Notes: generated from the sequence alone by a model not told the origin. A stretch of 64,000 nucleotides of DNA from Acidobacteriota bacterium (GCA_965263035.1 OZ253580.1:960001-1024000); one strand, 5' to 3'; shown: positions 29,435 through 40,684, counted from the first letter of the stretch. Program-made: numbers and translations.

Positions 29435-31165
29435 ATGTACATCGACACCGTCCCCAATCGAAACTCCCGCCCCGCCATCCTCCTGCGCGAAGGCTGGCGC
29501 GAGGGTAAACGCGTCCGCAAAACCACCATCGCCAACCTCACCAACTAGCCTCAGGACAAGATCGAGCGACTCCGTCTCGTCCTCAAGAACGTCCCTCTCG
29601 TTCACCCCGATGAGCTCTTCGTGATCGAACGCTCCCTGCCCCATGGCCATGTCGAGATGGTCCTCAAAGCCATCCGCCGCCTGAAGCTCCCCGCTCTGAT
29701 CGATCCCAAGCCCTCGCGCCAGCGCGACTTGGTGCTGGCCATGATTGTTCAGCGCTTGCTGCATCCCGCCTCCAAGCTCGCCACCACGCGGCTCTGGCAC
29801 ACCACCACCCTGGCGTCGGAACTCTCCGTGGAAGACGCCGATGAGGACGACCTGTACGGGGCCATGGACTGGTTGCTCCAACGTCAGAATCGGATCGAGA
29901 AGAAACTGGCCCGGCGACATCTGGCCGAAGGGGATCACGTCCTTTATGACGTCTCCAGCAGCTTCTACGAAGGGCACACCTGTACCTTGGCGCAGTTCGA
30001 CCATAGCCGGGACGGCAAGCGCGGCCGGCCCATCATCGTCTACGGGGTGATGGCGGATGCGGCGGGACGGCCGGTGGCCGTCCAAGCCTATCCCGGCAAT
30101 ACGGGGGATCCGGGCACCGTGCCGGATCAAGTCGAGAAGGTACGCCAGCGCTTCGGGTTGAAGCGGGTGGTGCTGGTGGGGGACCGCGGCCTGATGACCG
30201 AGACTCAGATCAAGCATTTGAAGCGCCATCCGGGACTGGGTTGGATCTCGGCCCTGCGCCATACGGCGATCCGCGAACTGGTGGAAACCAAAGCGGTTCA
30301 GCTCTCGATCTTTGACGAGCGTCACTTGGCGGAGATCCGGACCGAGGCCTACCCGGGCGAACGGCTCGTCGTCTGCCACAACCCGATGCTGGGGGAGTAT
30401 CGGCGCCGCAAACACGAGGTCCTGTTGGCGGCCACGGAAGAGGAGCTGGCCAAGATCGCCCGGGAGGTGGCCCGGCGCACCAAGACGCCCTTGCTGGCTC
30501 CCCAGATCGCCGAGAAGGTGGGCCGGGTCAAGAACCGGTACAAAGTGGCCAAGCACTTCGAGATGGTGATCGAAGACGGGCGCTTCGAGTACGCCCGGCG
30601 CAACGAGGCCATCGCCCGGGAGGCGCAACTGGACGGGTTCTACATCCTGCGCACCAGCGAACCCGACGAGCGGCTGAAGACGGCCGATGTGGTGCGTAGC
30701 TACAAGAACCTGACGAACGTGGAGCGGGCCTTCCGCTCTCTGAAGACCGTGGACTTGCAGATCCGTCCCATCCGTCATCGGGCGGAGACGCGGGTGCGGT
30801 CGCACCTGTTCCTGTGCCTGTTGTCCTACTACGTTCAGTGGCATCTGCGCCGGGCCCTGGCCCCGTTGTTGTTCGATGACGAGGACCTGGATGCACACCG
30901 CGCTCGACGGGACCCGGTGCTGGCGGCCCAGCCGTCGGCATCGGCCAAACGGAAAAAGACGAAGCGGCAAACCGAGGACGGATTGCAGATCCAGAGCTTC
31001 GCCACACTGATGGCGGAGATGGCGACACGCGCCCGTCACCAATGCCGAACCGCCTCGGACCCGGACGGTCCGAGGCTGCAACGACTGACGGAACCGACGA
31101 CGCCGCAGCGACGGGCGATGGAGCTGATCCAGACGTTCCCAGTGACGACCAAAGCAGCTTCGTGA
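29435..31165 (+). pseudogene. IS1634-family transposase with a premature stop
   Basis: MYIDTVPNRNSRPAILLREGWREG...NLTN*PQ (TAG 29546-29548, where W is expected); LYDVSSSFYEG, VGDRG, YKNLTNVERAFRSLK. Confidence 0.88.
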
Positions 31166-31789
31166 CTTATCCTTTTATAATCAAGGAGTTATCTTGTCTC
31201 TGTGTCTGGAACTTCGGTCTAATGTGCGTCATGCGTACCCGGATGGCGGGCAACACGCTGGGAAGGCGTCCCTTGACGAAGGTGACGCATTCGCTGGCCG
31301 CCGCGCGCTCCTCGGATAACGGCTACACCTGGAGCAGGCCGGAGGCGATAGCGCCCTTCAGCGTCACGCCCCACTTGCGCACCTTGGATAACGGCACCGT
31401 TGCAGTCGTGTACGGGAGGCCAGGCGAGCATGTTCGCGCTTCGGCGGACAGCGGAAAGACCTGGAGCGAAGCCTTTCCGCTGGTGGGCCCCACGGAGGCC
31501 CAGCTGATGACCGAGTCCGGAGAAGAGCGTATGGCCCTGAGCCACACCGGACACGGCTCCGCCCAAACCAGGGTCAGCAGCTGAAGCAATATGGATGTGG
31601 TCGTCACCGGTCCCGACCGGTTTGTCGTTTCTTATTCTGACTTCCAGTACAGGGATAGGGAGGACTGGAAGCGAAAGGCCATCAAGGTATAGCAGAAGTG
31701 ATCGTCGAGACGCCAAAGCAGAGACGCCTGCGACAGATACAGTGTACGCGAGTTCGCCTCAAACCCGACGGTTCCACTCTGCCACGCCT

Positions 31790-33241
31790 TCAGGCATCGA
31801 TTTTGGCGCGCCAGTGCACGGACTTCCGAACGGTCAGCTCGCGCAAAAATTCGATCCCGTGGCCGATGCCCAGGCCGCTGCCTTTGAAGGGTTCGGCGGG
31901 GGCACCGGGGGCCTGGCCGCGCTCGGTGTTGATCTTGATCATGCCGGCCTTCAGTTTCTCGATGGCGGCCATGGCTCGCGACGCGCTTTCGGTGCAGACG
32001 ATGGCCGAGAGCCCGTACTCGGTTGCATTGGCCCGTTCGATGGCCTCCTCGAAAGAATCTACCTTCACCACCGGGGCCACCGGACCAAACGTTTCCTCAT
32101 ACATCAGGGCCGTATCGTCCGTGACGTTGGCCAGCACCGTGGGGGGATAAAAGAAACCGGGCCGATCGAGCCTGCCTCCCCCTGCCAGCACCTCAGCTCC
32201 CGCTTGGACCGCGCTGTCGACGTGCTGTTGGACCCTTGAGAGCTGAGTCTCGTCGATCATCGGGCCCATCTCGGTCGAGGGATCCAACCCCGGCCCCACT
32301 TTGAGAGACTTGGCCGCGTCGACCAAGTTTTCGACGAAGGCGTCCCGCACGGAAGACTGGACGTAGATCCTTTCCGTCGAAGTGCAGATCTGTCCGCTGT
32401 TGGCAAAGGAGCAGCGTGCGGCCAGCCGCGCCACCGCACCGGGATCCACTGTATCGTCGACGATAAAGGCATCCTTGCCCCCGAGCTCCAGGATGACTTT
32501 CAGCACCCGCTCTCCGGCGATGCGGCCGATATGGCGACCTACCTGGAGGCTTCCGATGAAGCAGACGATGTCCACGTCCGGGTGGCGGACGATCGGCTCT
32601 CCCATGGTTGGACCGTCGCCATTCAGGTGATTGACGGCCCCAGGAGGCAGGTGATCGAAGACCCGCTCGAAAAGGAGCTGGGTGGCGAGAGGGGTCTTCT
32701 CCGAACTTTTCAGCACCACCGTGTTGCCGACCATCAGGTTGCACACCGCCAGCTCCACGGAGGCGATCACGGGAAAGTTCCAGACACTGATACAGGCGGC
32801 CACGCCCCGTGGCTCCCAACGTTGGAAGACCAGATCACCAGCCTGCGAACCCAGGTGGCGCGAGTCCAGGTAGATTCCAATCTCCGCCACTTGGTTGGTC
32901 AGGCCCACGGAAGCGTCAAGCTCGCCGTAGGACTCGGCCAGGGGCTTGCCGTTTTCTCGAGTCAGCAGACGCGCCACTTCATCCCGGCAGGCCTGCATCT
33001 TGCGAGCGGCCTCCCGAAGCTGGACCGCGCGCGCGGGCGGAGAAAGGGCCCCCCATTCCCGGCCCGCCTCCACGGCTGCCTCTACTGCAGCCGCTGCATC
33101 CGCTGGATCACCACGCGGCACGTCTACGATATGATCCAAATTCGAGGGATCGCGAATGGGCAGGGTTTCGGTCCCATGGGAAGGCACCGAACGCCCGCCG
33201 ATCCACTGAGTCTGGGCTGTGGCCACCGCTGTTGTTTCCAT
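31790..33241 (-). CDS. NAD(P)-dependent aldehyde dehydrogenase
   Basis: WNFP, KSSEKTP, ILELGGKD, NSGQICTS, EETFGPV. Confidence 0.95.
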   Translation of the reverse strand: METTAVATAQTQWIGGRSVPSHGTETLPIRDPSNLDHIVDVPRGDPADAAAAVEAAVEAGREWGALSPPARAVQLREAARKMQACRDEVARLLTRENGKPLAESYGELDASVGLTNQVAEIGIYLDSRHLGSQAGDLVFQRWEPRGVAACISVWNFPVIASVELAVCNLMVGNTVVLKSSEKTPLATQLLFERVFDHLPPGAVNHLNGDGPTMGEPIVRHPDVDIVCFIGSLQVGRHIGRIAGERVLKVILELGGKDAFIVDDTVDPGAVARLAARCSFANSGQICTSTERIYVQSSVRDAFVENLVDAAKSLKVGPGLDPSTEMGPMIDETQLSRVQQHVDSAVQAGAEVLAGGGRLDRPGFFYPPTVLANVTDDTALMYEETFGPVAPVVKVDSFEEAIERANATEYGLSAIVCTESASRAMAAIEKLKAGMIKINTERGQAPGAPAEPFKGSGLGIGHGIEFLRELTVRKSVHWRAKIDA

Positions 33242-33309
33242 AAGAACTCCGTCGGGACGGCTTGGAGATTGACTCCGGCTGACGCGCCGGCTGACGTACT
33301 TTGGTATGA

Positions 33310-33318
33310 ATTATAACA
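33310..33318 (-). promoter_or_regulatory. Candidate extended -10 promoter (TGnTATAAT) for the aldehyde dehydrogenase
   Basis: TGTTATAAT on the minus strand, about 70 nt upstream of ATG 33241. Confidence 0.45.
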
Positions 33319-33554
33319 CCGGCATTGAATGAGTCCGCAACTTTGTCAGAACGGTGTGAGGACGGCCTGGCTTACTGCCGAATGGTCCGGGTTGAATGAA
33401 AAGCTTGAGGAACGAGAAAGTGCATCCAAGAATCTCATCCCGCCTTCTGGCCAGCTGCTGTCTGTCCTCGACCGAGTCCTTTGAGCTTTAGGAAGAGATC
33501 TTTCGACAGCTGATTCGGGGCCAGATCGAGCGCGGCCACAACAATCTCTATCTT

Positions 33555-33642
33555 TTCGGCACTTCGCTTGTTCGGTGTTCTGCGGTTCGGTAGTTCGATA
33601 TTCGAAATTAAGCATTTAGCGTTCGACATTCGACCTTATTCC
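33555..33642. repeat. Degenerate 7-8 nt tandem array (TTCGnnn consensus)
   Basis: ttcggcac ttcgcttg ttcggtg ttctgcgg ttcggtag ttcgata ttcgaaa ttaagca tttagcg ttcgaca ttcgacc ttattcc. Confidence 0.7.
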
Positions 33643-33754
33643 ACTTTTCCAGTGGCAACCCCTTGCTGTCCCCGACACCTCGCTCGCGATTCAGGCTTCC
33701 CTGCACGGGAAGTCTCTATCCGGAATGATCCAGCGCAACAGGGTTGCAGGATGG

Positions 33755-35404
33755 TCACTCCTCCGGTTCGGTAACGTCCAGGATCTGGTTTGGCAGGAGG
33801 TTCCGCAGAGTTTGCTGAATCCCCGAAGGCCACTGGATCTCCACACTTTCAATCCGCTCAGCCTGTCCCAAGCCGAAATGGACCCGAGGGTCGTTCGCGG
33901 ATTGGTAGCTGGAAGCGCTGCCCACGGTCCAATACTGGGTCAGGCTGCCGGCGCTCAGCTTGATTCGCGCCCCCACGCCGAATCGATTGCTCTTCCGGCC
34001 CAAGAGCCGCAGCAGAATCCAATTCCTTTGGTTGCCGCCCTGGTTCAACAGAAGGCTGGGACGCCCGTTCAGATTCGACACCACGATATCCTGGTCGCCG
34101 TCGTTGTCGAAGTCTCCGAAGGCGGCACCACGGCTCACCAGCGGAGTCTGAAAAATCGTTCCGCTGCTGGGCGAGACGTTTTCGAATGCGCCGTTGGCCA
34201 GATTCCGGAACAGAAGGGGCGCCTGGGCGTATCCCACGTGGCCCAGGTACAGAGAGACGTTGTCCATCACATGGCTGTTGGCCGTGAAGATGTCTTTCCA
34301 GCCGTCGTTGTCGTAGTCGAAAAAACGCGTTCCCCAGCCTGTGTACGCCAGCGTCATCTGGGCGATGCCGGTGGAAAAGCGCACATCGGTAAAGCTCCCA
34401 TTCCCGTTGTTCTCGAAGACGACGTACGTGTCACCGGTCAGGGTGGTAATGATCAGATCGGGATAGCCGTCATTGTTATAATCCTGAAAATCGACTCCCA
34501 TTCCTCCAAAGGTGTCTCCGTCGCTGTTGTAGGCCACCCCGGCGGCCAGAGCGACTTCAGAAAAGCTTCCGTCTCGGTTGTTCTTGAACAAAAGGCAGGG
34601 GCTGCGATCGTTCGCCACGTAGATGTCGATCCATCCGTCGAGGTCGTAATCGGCGAAAGCGACCCCTAAACCTTTGCCCTGCGACTCTCCTATGCCCGAG
34701 GGAGCGGACACATCCGTGAAGGTACCATCACCGTTGTTGCGATACAGCAGGTCGGAGATCCCGCCAAAGCGGTCCGGAATGCAGAAGCTGCGGTAGCCAG
34801 GTCCGGGCTTGCCACAGTAGGGATTGTTGTCGAAATCCCAATCCAGATATCGGACCACATACAGGTCCAGATCACCGTCCCGGTCGTAGTCCAGGAAGGC
34901 GGCACTGCTGGACCAAAGCTGCCCGGCGACCCTAGCCCCGGCCGTGACATCGGTAAAGCGCCCGATCCCCTCGTTCCGGTACAGGGAATTGCGGCCAAAG
35001 CGTGTCACATAGACATCCAGGTCCCCGTCGTTGTCGTAATCACCCGTTGCCACCCCCATCCCGTATCCGCGTCCCGCCATTCCGGCGGAAACCGTGACAT
35101 CCTGGAAGCCTTCCCCGTTGAGGTTGCGGTAGAGACGATCCGCGTAAACGCCGCTCTTGGGCATCGAAATAGCTTCCGCCGAAGTGGCTCGCTGGAGGGG
35201 AAATCCATTGACCAGGAAAAGGTCCAGAAATCCATCCGAATCAAAGTCGAGCACGCCGACACCCCCACCCATGGTTTCGATCAGGAATTTGTGCTCGGTT
35301 GGAGATGCCCGCTGCCTGAAGCTCACACCCCAGGTCACGCCCGCCTCCTGGTAGACCACCGGACGGGCGTCCACGGTGCCGCCCAGGAGGACAGCCGTCA
35401 TCAA
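33755..35404 (-). CDS. CRTAC1-family protein (FG-GAP repeats plus ASPIC/UnbV)
   Basis: IETMGGGV, repeated DYDNDGDLD-type motifs, C-terminal SYQSANDPRVHFGLG...WPSG. Confidence 0.92.
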   Translation of the reverse strand: MMTAVLLGGTVDARPVVYQEAGVTWGVSFRQRASPTEHKFLIETMGGGVGVLDFDSDGFLDLFLVNGFPLQRATSAEAISMPKSGVYADRLYRNLNGEGFQDVTVSAGMAGRGYGMGVATGDYDNDGDLDVYVTRFGRNSLYRNEGIGRFTDVTAGARVAGQLWSSSAAFLDYDRDGDLDLYVVRYLDWDFDNNPYCGKPGPGYRSFCIPDRFGGISDLLYRNNGDGTFTDVSAPSGIGESQGKGLGVAFADYDLDGWIDIYVANDRSPCLLFKNNRDGSFSEVALAAGVAYNSDGDTFGGMGVDFQDYNNDGYPDLIITTLTGDTYVVFENNGNGSFTDVRFSTGIAQMTLAYTGWGTRFFDYDNDGWKDIFTANSHVMDNVSLYLGHVGYAQAPLLFRNLANGAFENVSPSSGTIFQTPLVSRGAAFGDFDNDGDQDIVVSNLNGRPSLLLNQGGNQRNWILLRLLGRKSNRFGVGARIKLSAGSLTQYWTVGSASSYQSANDPRVHFGLGQAERIESVEIQWPSGIQQTLRNLLPNQILDVTEPEE

Positions 35405-35417
35405 AAGGATGGGAACT

Positions 35418-37034
35418 TTATCTTTCTCGATGTTTCAACTCTCTGAAAATCCGCAGTGCCTTCTCGGCTTCCTCTTTCCGGCCGAGTTTCCGGTAGGTGG
35501 CGGACAGCTTGTAGTGTAGGGAAGCATCGGCGGGAGTGATCTCAAGCGCCTTTCGAAGGTGACCCAAAGACTTCTGGTACTGTCCCTGAGCCGCGTAGAG
35601 TCGCTCCAGTCCCAGGTGCGCATCCACCATCCTGGGGTCAAGATCCAAGGCCTTCAGGAAATGTCCTTCGGCCTGCTCGACCTTTCCCTTCATGAACAGG
35701 ATGTCCCCGATCTGATAGACCGCCAGCGAGTGGCCCGGGTGGGCTTTGAGGCCCTCTTGAAGCGCCGGGAGCGCATCGTCATAGCGCCGTAGCCTCCACT
35801 GCAGTTCCCCGATCGCGAGCTGAAGACGCCGGAGCGAAGGTCTGAGCGAGAAGGCTGCCCGATACTTTTGGATGGCTCCCTCCAGATCGCCCAGCTCCTC
35901 GTAGGATTCGGCCTTCAGAATATGGTCCCAATAGGGATCGGGTCCTGCCTGCAGGGTGAAGCTGGTCAAAAGGGACAGGATCTGATAACCCTCCGCCAGC
36001 AAATAGAACTCCTCGGCCGAAGCGGAGTTGGAACTGTGCAACATATGTGCCCGCGCCCGGTAACGCTCGACTTCTTCCCCGATGGCTTCAGCCGGGGGAG
36101 CATCCAGAAACCGGATGACACCGTCAATCAGGTCATCTTCGGGCCCACTGGCAAGCAGTGAGGCGACTCCGGAGACCCGCTCGTTCAGCCATCGGATCCT
36201 CTGCTGGAGCCGCTTTTCCTGAGGCCGTTTTTTCAGGGCCCGAGTATACTCCTCTCGGGCTATTTTCCAATTCTGTGTGGTGATGTGGAAGTGCGCCCGC
36301 GCCAAATGGGCGTAGAATGAATTCGGGAACTTCTGCTCGAGATCACTGTGAAATCGCCTTGCTAGATGAGCGTAACACCGGTTCAGATGGTAGCTGATCT
36401 CCCCGTCCTGCTCCTCGGCGGCCAGCGCCTCTTCCAGGTGAGGCACCGCGTCAAGAAAACTGGATCGCGCCTGGTAGACGTACCCCAGATAGCGATGAAC
36501 CTGGGGGTCAGGCTTCAAGGCCAGAGCCTTCTTGAGCGGTCGCAGTGCATCCTCGTAGCGGCCGCTCTCAAAGAACAAAATGCCCAGGTATAAGTGCGGA
36601 CCCGGGAGCCCTGGCTTCAGCCGGGCTGCCCTTCCAAAAGCGCCCAGCGCCTGCTTCTTCTGCCCCAGCAGGCGGTAGAGGTAGCCCAGGCTAGCGTGCA
36701 CTTCGGCAATGTCGGAGCGCAAGGCAGCCAGCCGCTCGTAGTTATCGGCCGCCCTCCGATAATCCCCGGCCTGCTGGGCTTCATAGGCTTGCCGGTGGAG
36801 CCGGGCGAGATCGCTTTCCCCCTGGTTCCCCAGCCCGGCCAGTCCGACGGTAATGCATAACAGGATCAGGGCAGCGGAACCGATGAATCCCTTCACGCCA
36901 GCCACCGCAGGGCGTGGACGCCCCGCTGGGAATCCAGGGTGCCGACACCGCCTTTGCGCGGCGAAATCCACTCGGTCACTGTGCAATGCCGCCCGTTCCA
37001 ACGTGGACCCGTCACGCAAGTTTGTTCTTGACAT
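35418..37034 (-). CDS. Tetratricopeptide repeat protein upstream of CRTAC1
   Basis: Hydrophobic signal/anchor segment and many TPRs; exact start uncertain. Confidence 0.85.
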   Translation of the reverse strand: MSRTNLRDGSTLERAALHSDRVDFAAQRRCRHPGFPAGRPRPAVAGVKGFIGSAALILLCITVGLAGLGNQGESDLARLHRQAYEAQQAGDYRRAADNYERLAALRSDIAEVHASLGYLYRLLGQKKQALGAFGRAARLKPGLPGPHLYLGILFFESGRYEDALRPLKKALALKPDPQVHRYLGYVYQARSSFLDAVPHLEEALAAEEQDGEISYHLNRCYAHLARRFHSDLEQKFPNSFYAHLARAHFHITTQNWKIAREEYTRALKKRPQEKRLQQRIRWLNERVSGVASLLASGPEDDLIDGVIRFLDAPPAEAIGEEVERYRARAHMLHSSNSASAEEFYLLAEGYQILSLLTSFTLQAGPDPYWDHILKAESYEELGDLEGAIQKYRAAFSLRPSLRRLQLAIGELQWRLRRYDDALPALQEGLKAHPGHSLAVYQIGDILFMKGKVEQAEGHFLKALDLDPRMVDAHLGLERLYAAQGQYQKSLGHLRKALEITPADASLHYKLSATYRKLGRKEEAEKALRIFRELKHRER

Positions 37035-37350
37035 ACCTCCTGGCTTGCGTGCATAGTAGAGGGTAATTATGGGTCTGTTAAATTCCTACGATCCGATCCT
37101 GATCAACTCGCTTGATTATCGCTCACTTCCACAGCTTTTCCGACGCTCTCTCAGGACTTCCCGCCGACCAGCGAAACAGCGGTCGAAACTCACCACACGA
37201 AGCTCATTATACACAGTGTTTCAGTCGGCCTTCAACCGCGGTTAGGTCCACAGCTCAGGGGCGGAGATGTGCGATTTTTTGGAATGCCTGATTAGATAAA
37301 TTATAAGGTTGAGGTTGCATCCCAGCGTGTAAACATTGGAGGTTAAAATC

Positions 37351-40300
37351 ATGAACCGCGGAAGACTTTCGATCCTTCTTTCAGGGGTAGCGGTAGTGTA
37401 CCTGTGCGGGTCTGCTCTTTTGGGCCAAACCAGCCAGACTATTGTGGGAACGGTCCAGGACACCGGGGGTGGACTGATTCCTGGAGTGAGCGTAACGGCC
37501 CGCCATCTGCTCACCAATGACCAGCGCGAGGCCGTTACCAACGACACGGGTGACTACCAGGTCATCCGCTTGAACCGCGTGGGCCTTTACGAAGTACGAG
37601 CCGAGATGCCGGGTTTCAAGGTTGCCGTGGCCCCGGACATTTTAATCACGACCGGGCAGACCGTGCGGGTGGACCTGGTCCTGGAAGTGGGCGAGATCAG
37701 CGACTCGGTGACAGTGCAGGGGGCTGCACCCCTGGTGCGCTCCGAGACCTCGTCTCTGGAGACGGTGGTTCAAAACCGTGAAATCCTGGACCTGCCGCTT
37801 TATGGGCGAAACTTCCTGGAGTTGACGGGTCTGACGGCCGGTGTGTCGACGAAAGCTCCGGCGGGGATCGGATATCAGCAGACCAATCTCGTGGCGGGCG
37901 GCGCCCGCGCTCGAGACAACGATTACCGGATCGACGGCTTTCGAAGCATGGCCAACTATAACGCGGACATGACGGTCAAGCCGCCGATCGACGCCATCGA
38001 GGAGTTTCAGCTGATCCGCCATCAGTATTCGGCTGAATACGGCCGCGCCATGGGGGCGGTGGTGGAGCTGAGAACCAAATCAGGCACCAACGAGTTTCAT
38101 GGAAGCGTCTACGAATTCGCGCGCCGGGGAAGATGGTCCGCCGTCCCGGCTTTCGCCCGCACGAAACCCGAGTACAAGGAAGATCAATATGGGGGAAGCA
38201 TCGGGGGACCCGTCTGGTTGCCCGGGCTTTACGACGGCCGCGACCGGAGCTTTTTCTTCCTGGCCTACGAGAAGTTCAAGAGTCCGAGCGAGAAAGTCGC
38301 TCGCTTCTATACGCTGCCCGATGCGGAGCGAGCCGGGGACTTCTCCCAGTCACTCTGGGGCACTTCGCCCATCGATCCGCTCACCGGTGAGCCTTTCCCC
38401 AATGGCATCATCCCGCGGTCGCGGATGGGTTTGGGAACCCAGAAGATGTTGGGCATCGTGCCGGGGCCCAACCAGGACCTGGACGGGACCGTCAACTGGA
38501 CCGGCAATTTTCCCTTCGACCGGGAGTATCCGAACTGGGTGCTTCGAGGGGATCACGAACTCGCCGAAAACCATACCCTGTTCTCCTCAGTAATGTGGAC
38601 GCAGGACCAGCAGCTGATCTCCCCCGCACTCGACTGTGGCGTCGGTTGCGACCGGATCAGCGACGTCAATCAGGATGCCGGGAACACCGCGACCGTAGTC
38701 GGCTACACCTGGGCCATGAGTCCGAGCTTGGTCCTGGAGACTAGGGCCGGTTATACGTGGTCCAACTCTTACAAGTTTCTGGGCACGGACCTGTCCAAGA
38801 ATTGGTCGAAGGAGCTGGGTTTTTCCCACCATCCTCCCGATGACCAAGGCCATCTATTTGGTGCGCCCCGAGTGACCGTGAGCGGGTTCGGCGCGGGTCC
38901 CACACCGGGAGCCGCCACCTTCTTCGGCCACTTCTCCGGCGGCAACCTGACCCGTTCGGAGGAAGCCTACAATCTGACCAATATCATCAGCGTGACCCAT
39001 GGCGACCACTACGTCAAAGTCGGTGTGGACATCCTCCACGACCGCGCCCGGGTGCTGGCAACCAACGGCGCTGCCGGAATGTACTGGATCGGCTACGCCC
39101 AAATCACTGGAAACCGCAGTGCGGACTTTTTCATGGGCGAATACAGCATAGGGGGCTTCCAGTTCATTCCGAGGTGGTCGGGAGCCAAGAGAAGCCAGAC
39201 CAGCTGGTTCATTCATGACGATTGGAAAGTCATTCCCAACCTGACCTTGAACCTGGGAGTTCGTTACGACTACTCCCCACCTTATACGTCGTTGCAAGAT
39301 CGGATCATCCACTACGATCTGGTCGACGACATCGTCGTCTACCCGAGCGCCCTGGAAGCACAGTTGTCGCCGAAACAAACGGCTTCCTTGAAGTTTCCCC
39401 ACCGCTTCACGGGTCCCTCCACCACCTTTCTTGGCGCCGACAAGCTGGACTTCTCGCCGCGTGTGGGACTGGCCTATCGGCCCTTTGGCGGAAGCGACAT
39501 GGTGGTTCGCGCAGGTTATGGCGTCTTCTACGGCAGCCCCATGGGGTACGCGGTGGCTCGCAACTGGCAGGCGGCACCGTGGCAGGCTTGGCTAAACTAC
39601 GGCGTCTGGGGAGGCAAGCCACCATTCCCCAGACGCTTCGCCGATGTCCAACCCGAACTGGGGACGGAAGAGTATTACATCCCGGGAAATATCCGAGTAC
39701 CGGAAGCCGGCTGGCAGAACGCCTATACTCAGCATTGGAATTTCACGATCCAGAAGGAGATCGCGCGTGACATGGCCTTGGAGGTCGTCTACGCGGGTGC
39801 CCGCGGCGCGCACCTCGACTTCGAACACCCGGGCCGTTTGTTCGCACCCATTTACGGCCGGGACGACTTCGCGCTCGGAACCAACCTTAGACTCAATACC
39901 AGCGGTGCCGACAGCCGCTACAACTCCATGCAGGTGATACTCCAGAAGCGTTTCAGCCGGGGCCTTGCCTTCCGCGCCAATTACACCTGGGGCAAGTTGA
40001 TGAACGACACTCCCGAGCGTTTCGACGCCGCGGCGAACAGCACCGTGGCCCATCTGTATCGCAAGGATCAAGAGTGGGGACTCGGTCAAGCCAATCTGCG
40101 GCACAACGTCAACTTTTCAGGAATCTTTGAGCTGCCCTTCGGCCGGAACCGGCGCTGGGGCTCAAGCTGGAACCGGGGACTCGACGCCGTGCTGGGAGGT
40201 TGGAGACTGAGCCACATCTTTGACGCCAACTCGGGAGGCCCGATAAACGTCCATTGGGGCCCCTTTCTCCGGCCCGACTTGGCCTCTACGAAAAAAGAAG

Positions 40301-40623
40301 CCAACCTGCCCAAGTCAGCGCGATCACGTTCCCAATGGTTTGACACCGCAGCCTTTGTGGCACCACCCCCGGGGCGGCAGGGCAATGTGCCTCGAAACGT
40401 CATCGAGGGACCTAACTACGCGAACCTGGATCTGGGCATCGGTAAGATTTTCACAGTCCACGAAGAGCACCGCGTCGAGTTTCGCGTGGAGATGTTCAAT
40501 GCCACCAACCACCCCAACTTCTACGGAGGATCCACCGTCGATGTCACCCAGCCCAGCGCCACCCGGCTGCTGAGTGCCTGGCCGATGCGCCGAGTCCAGA
40601 TCGGTGTGAGGTACTCATTCTGA
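37351..40623 (+). CDS. TonB-dependent receptor (Oar-like, carboxypeptidase-regulatory-like N-domain)
   Basis: GTVQDTGGGLIPGVSVT, LPLYGRNF, TKSGTNEFHGS, LTLNLGVRYD, C-terminal RRVQIGVRYSF; GGAGG SD. Confidence 0.95.
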   Translation: MNRGRLSILLSGVAVVYLCGSALLGQTSQTIVGTVQDTGGGLIPGVSVTARHLLTNDQREAVTNDTGDYQVIRLNRVGLYEVRAEMPGFKVAVAPDILITTGQTVRVDLVLEVGEISDSVTVQGAAPLVRSETSSLETVVQNREILDLPLYGRNFLELTGLTAGVSTKAPAGIGYQQTNLVAGGARARDNDYRIDGFRSMANYNADMTVKPPIDAIEEFQLIRHQYSAEYGRAMGAVVELRTKSGTNEFHGSVYEFARRGRWSAVPAFARTKPEYKEDQYGGSIGGPVWLPGLYDGRDRSFFFLAYEKFKSPSEKVARFYTLPDAERAGDFSQSLWGTSPIDPLTGEPFPNGIIPRSRMGLGTQKMLGIVPGPNQDLDGTVNWTGNFPFDREYPNWVLRGDHELAENHTLFSSVMWTQDQQLISPALDCGVGCDRISDVNQDAGNTATVVGYTWAMSPSLVLETRAGYTWSNSYKFLGTDLSKNWSKELGFSHHPPDDQGHLFGAPRVTVSGFGAGPTPGAATFFGHFSGGNLTRSEEAYNLTNIISVTHGDHYVKVGVDILHDRARVLATNGAAGMYWIGYAQITGNRSADFFMGEYSIGGFQFIPRWSGAKRSQTSWFIHDDWKVIPNLTLNLGVRYDYSPPYTSLQDRIIHYDLVDDIVVYPSALEAQLSPKQTASLKFPHRFTGPSTTFLGADKLDFSPRVGLAYRPFGGSDMVVRAGYGVFYGSPMGYAVARNWQAAPWQAWLNYGVWGGKPPFPRRFADVQPELGTEEYYIPGNIRVPEAGWQNAYTQHWNFTIQKEIARDMALEVVYAGARGAHLDFEHPGRLFAPIYGRDDFALGTNLRLNTSGADSRYNSMQVILQKRFSRGLAFRANYTWGKLMNDTPERFDAAANSTVAHLYRKDQEWGLGQANLRHNVNFSGIFELPFGRNRRWGSSWNRGLDAVLGGWRLSHIFDANSGGPINVHWGPFLRPDLASTKKEANLPKSARSRSQWFDTAAFVAPPPGRQGNVPRNVIEGPNYANLDLGIGKIFTVHEEHRVEFRVEMFNATNHPNFYGGSTVDVTQPSATRLLSAWPMRRVQIGVRYSF

Positions 40624-40684
40624 TCTGATGCGGCCTCCAGGACGAGTTCCTCCCCACCATTGACGTTGGTGATAGATCCGGATC

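Larger units (their letters stand above)
28135..31217 (+). mobile_element. IS1634-family element carrying a nested IS630
   Basis: Ends CGGAAGTTCC / GGAACTTCGG; 6-bp TSD TCTAAT at 28129-28134 and 31218-31223; removal restores the host frame. Confidence 0.9.
28002..31715 (+). pseudogene. Asp-box lipoprotein pseudogene (paralogue of 58894-60348): internal deletion, IS1634 insertion, stops
   Basis: MTKRLLG...GNCR | deletion | ELADWGNGCGEQSMQRMPNGDL | IS | MCVMRT...SSDNGYTW...SS*SN...RKAIKV*. Confidence 0.85.

Noticed and set aside
25506-29548. TAG codons at expected Trp positions (25506-25508, 29546-29548) as stop-codon recoding
   Set aside because: Both lie in independently damaged genes, and TAG is a normal terminator for many intact genes in the window.
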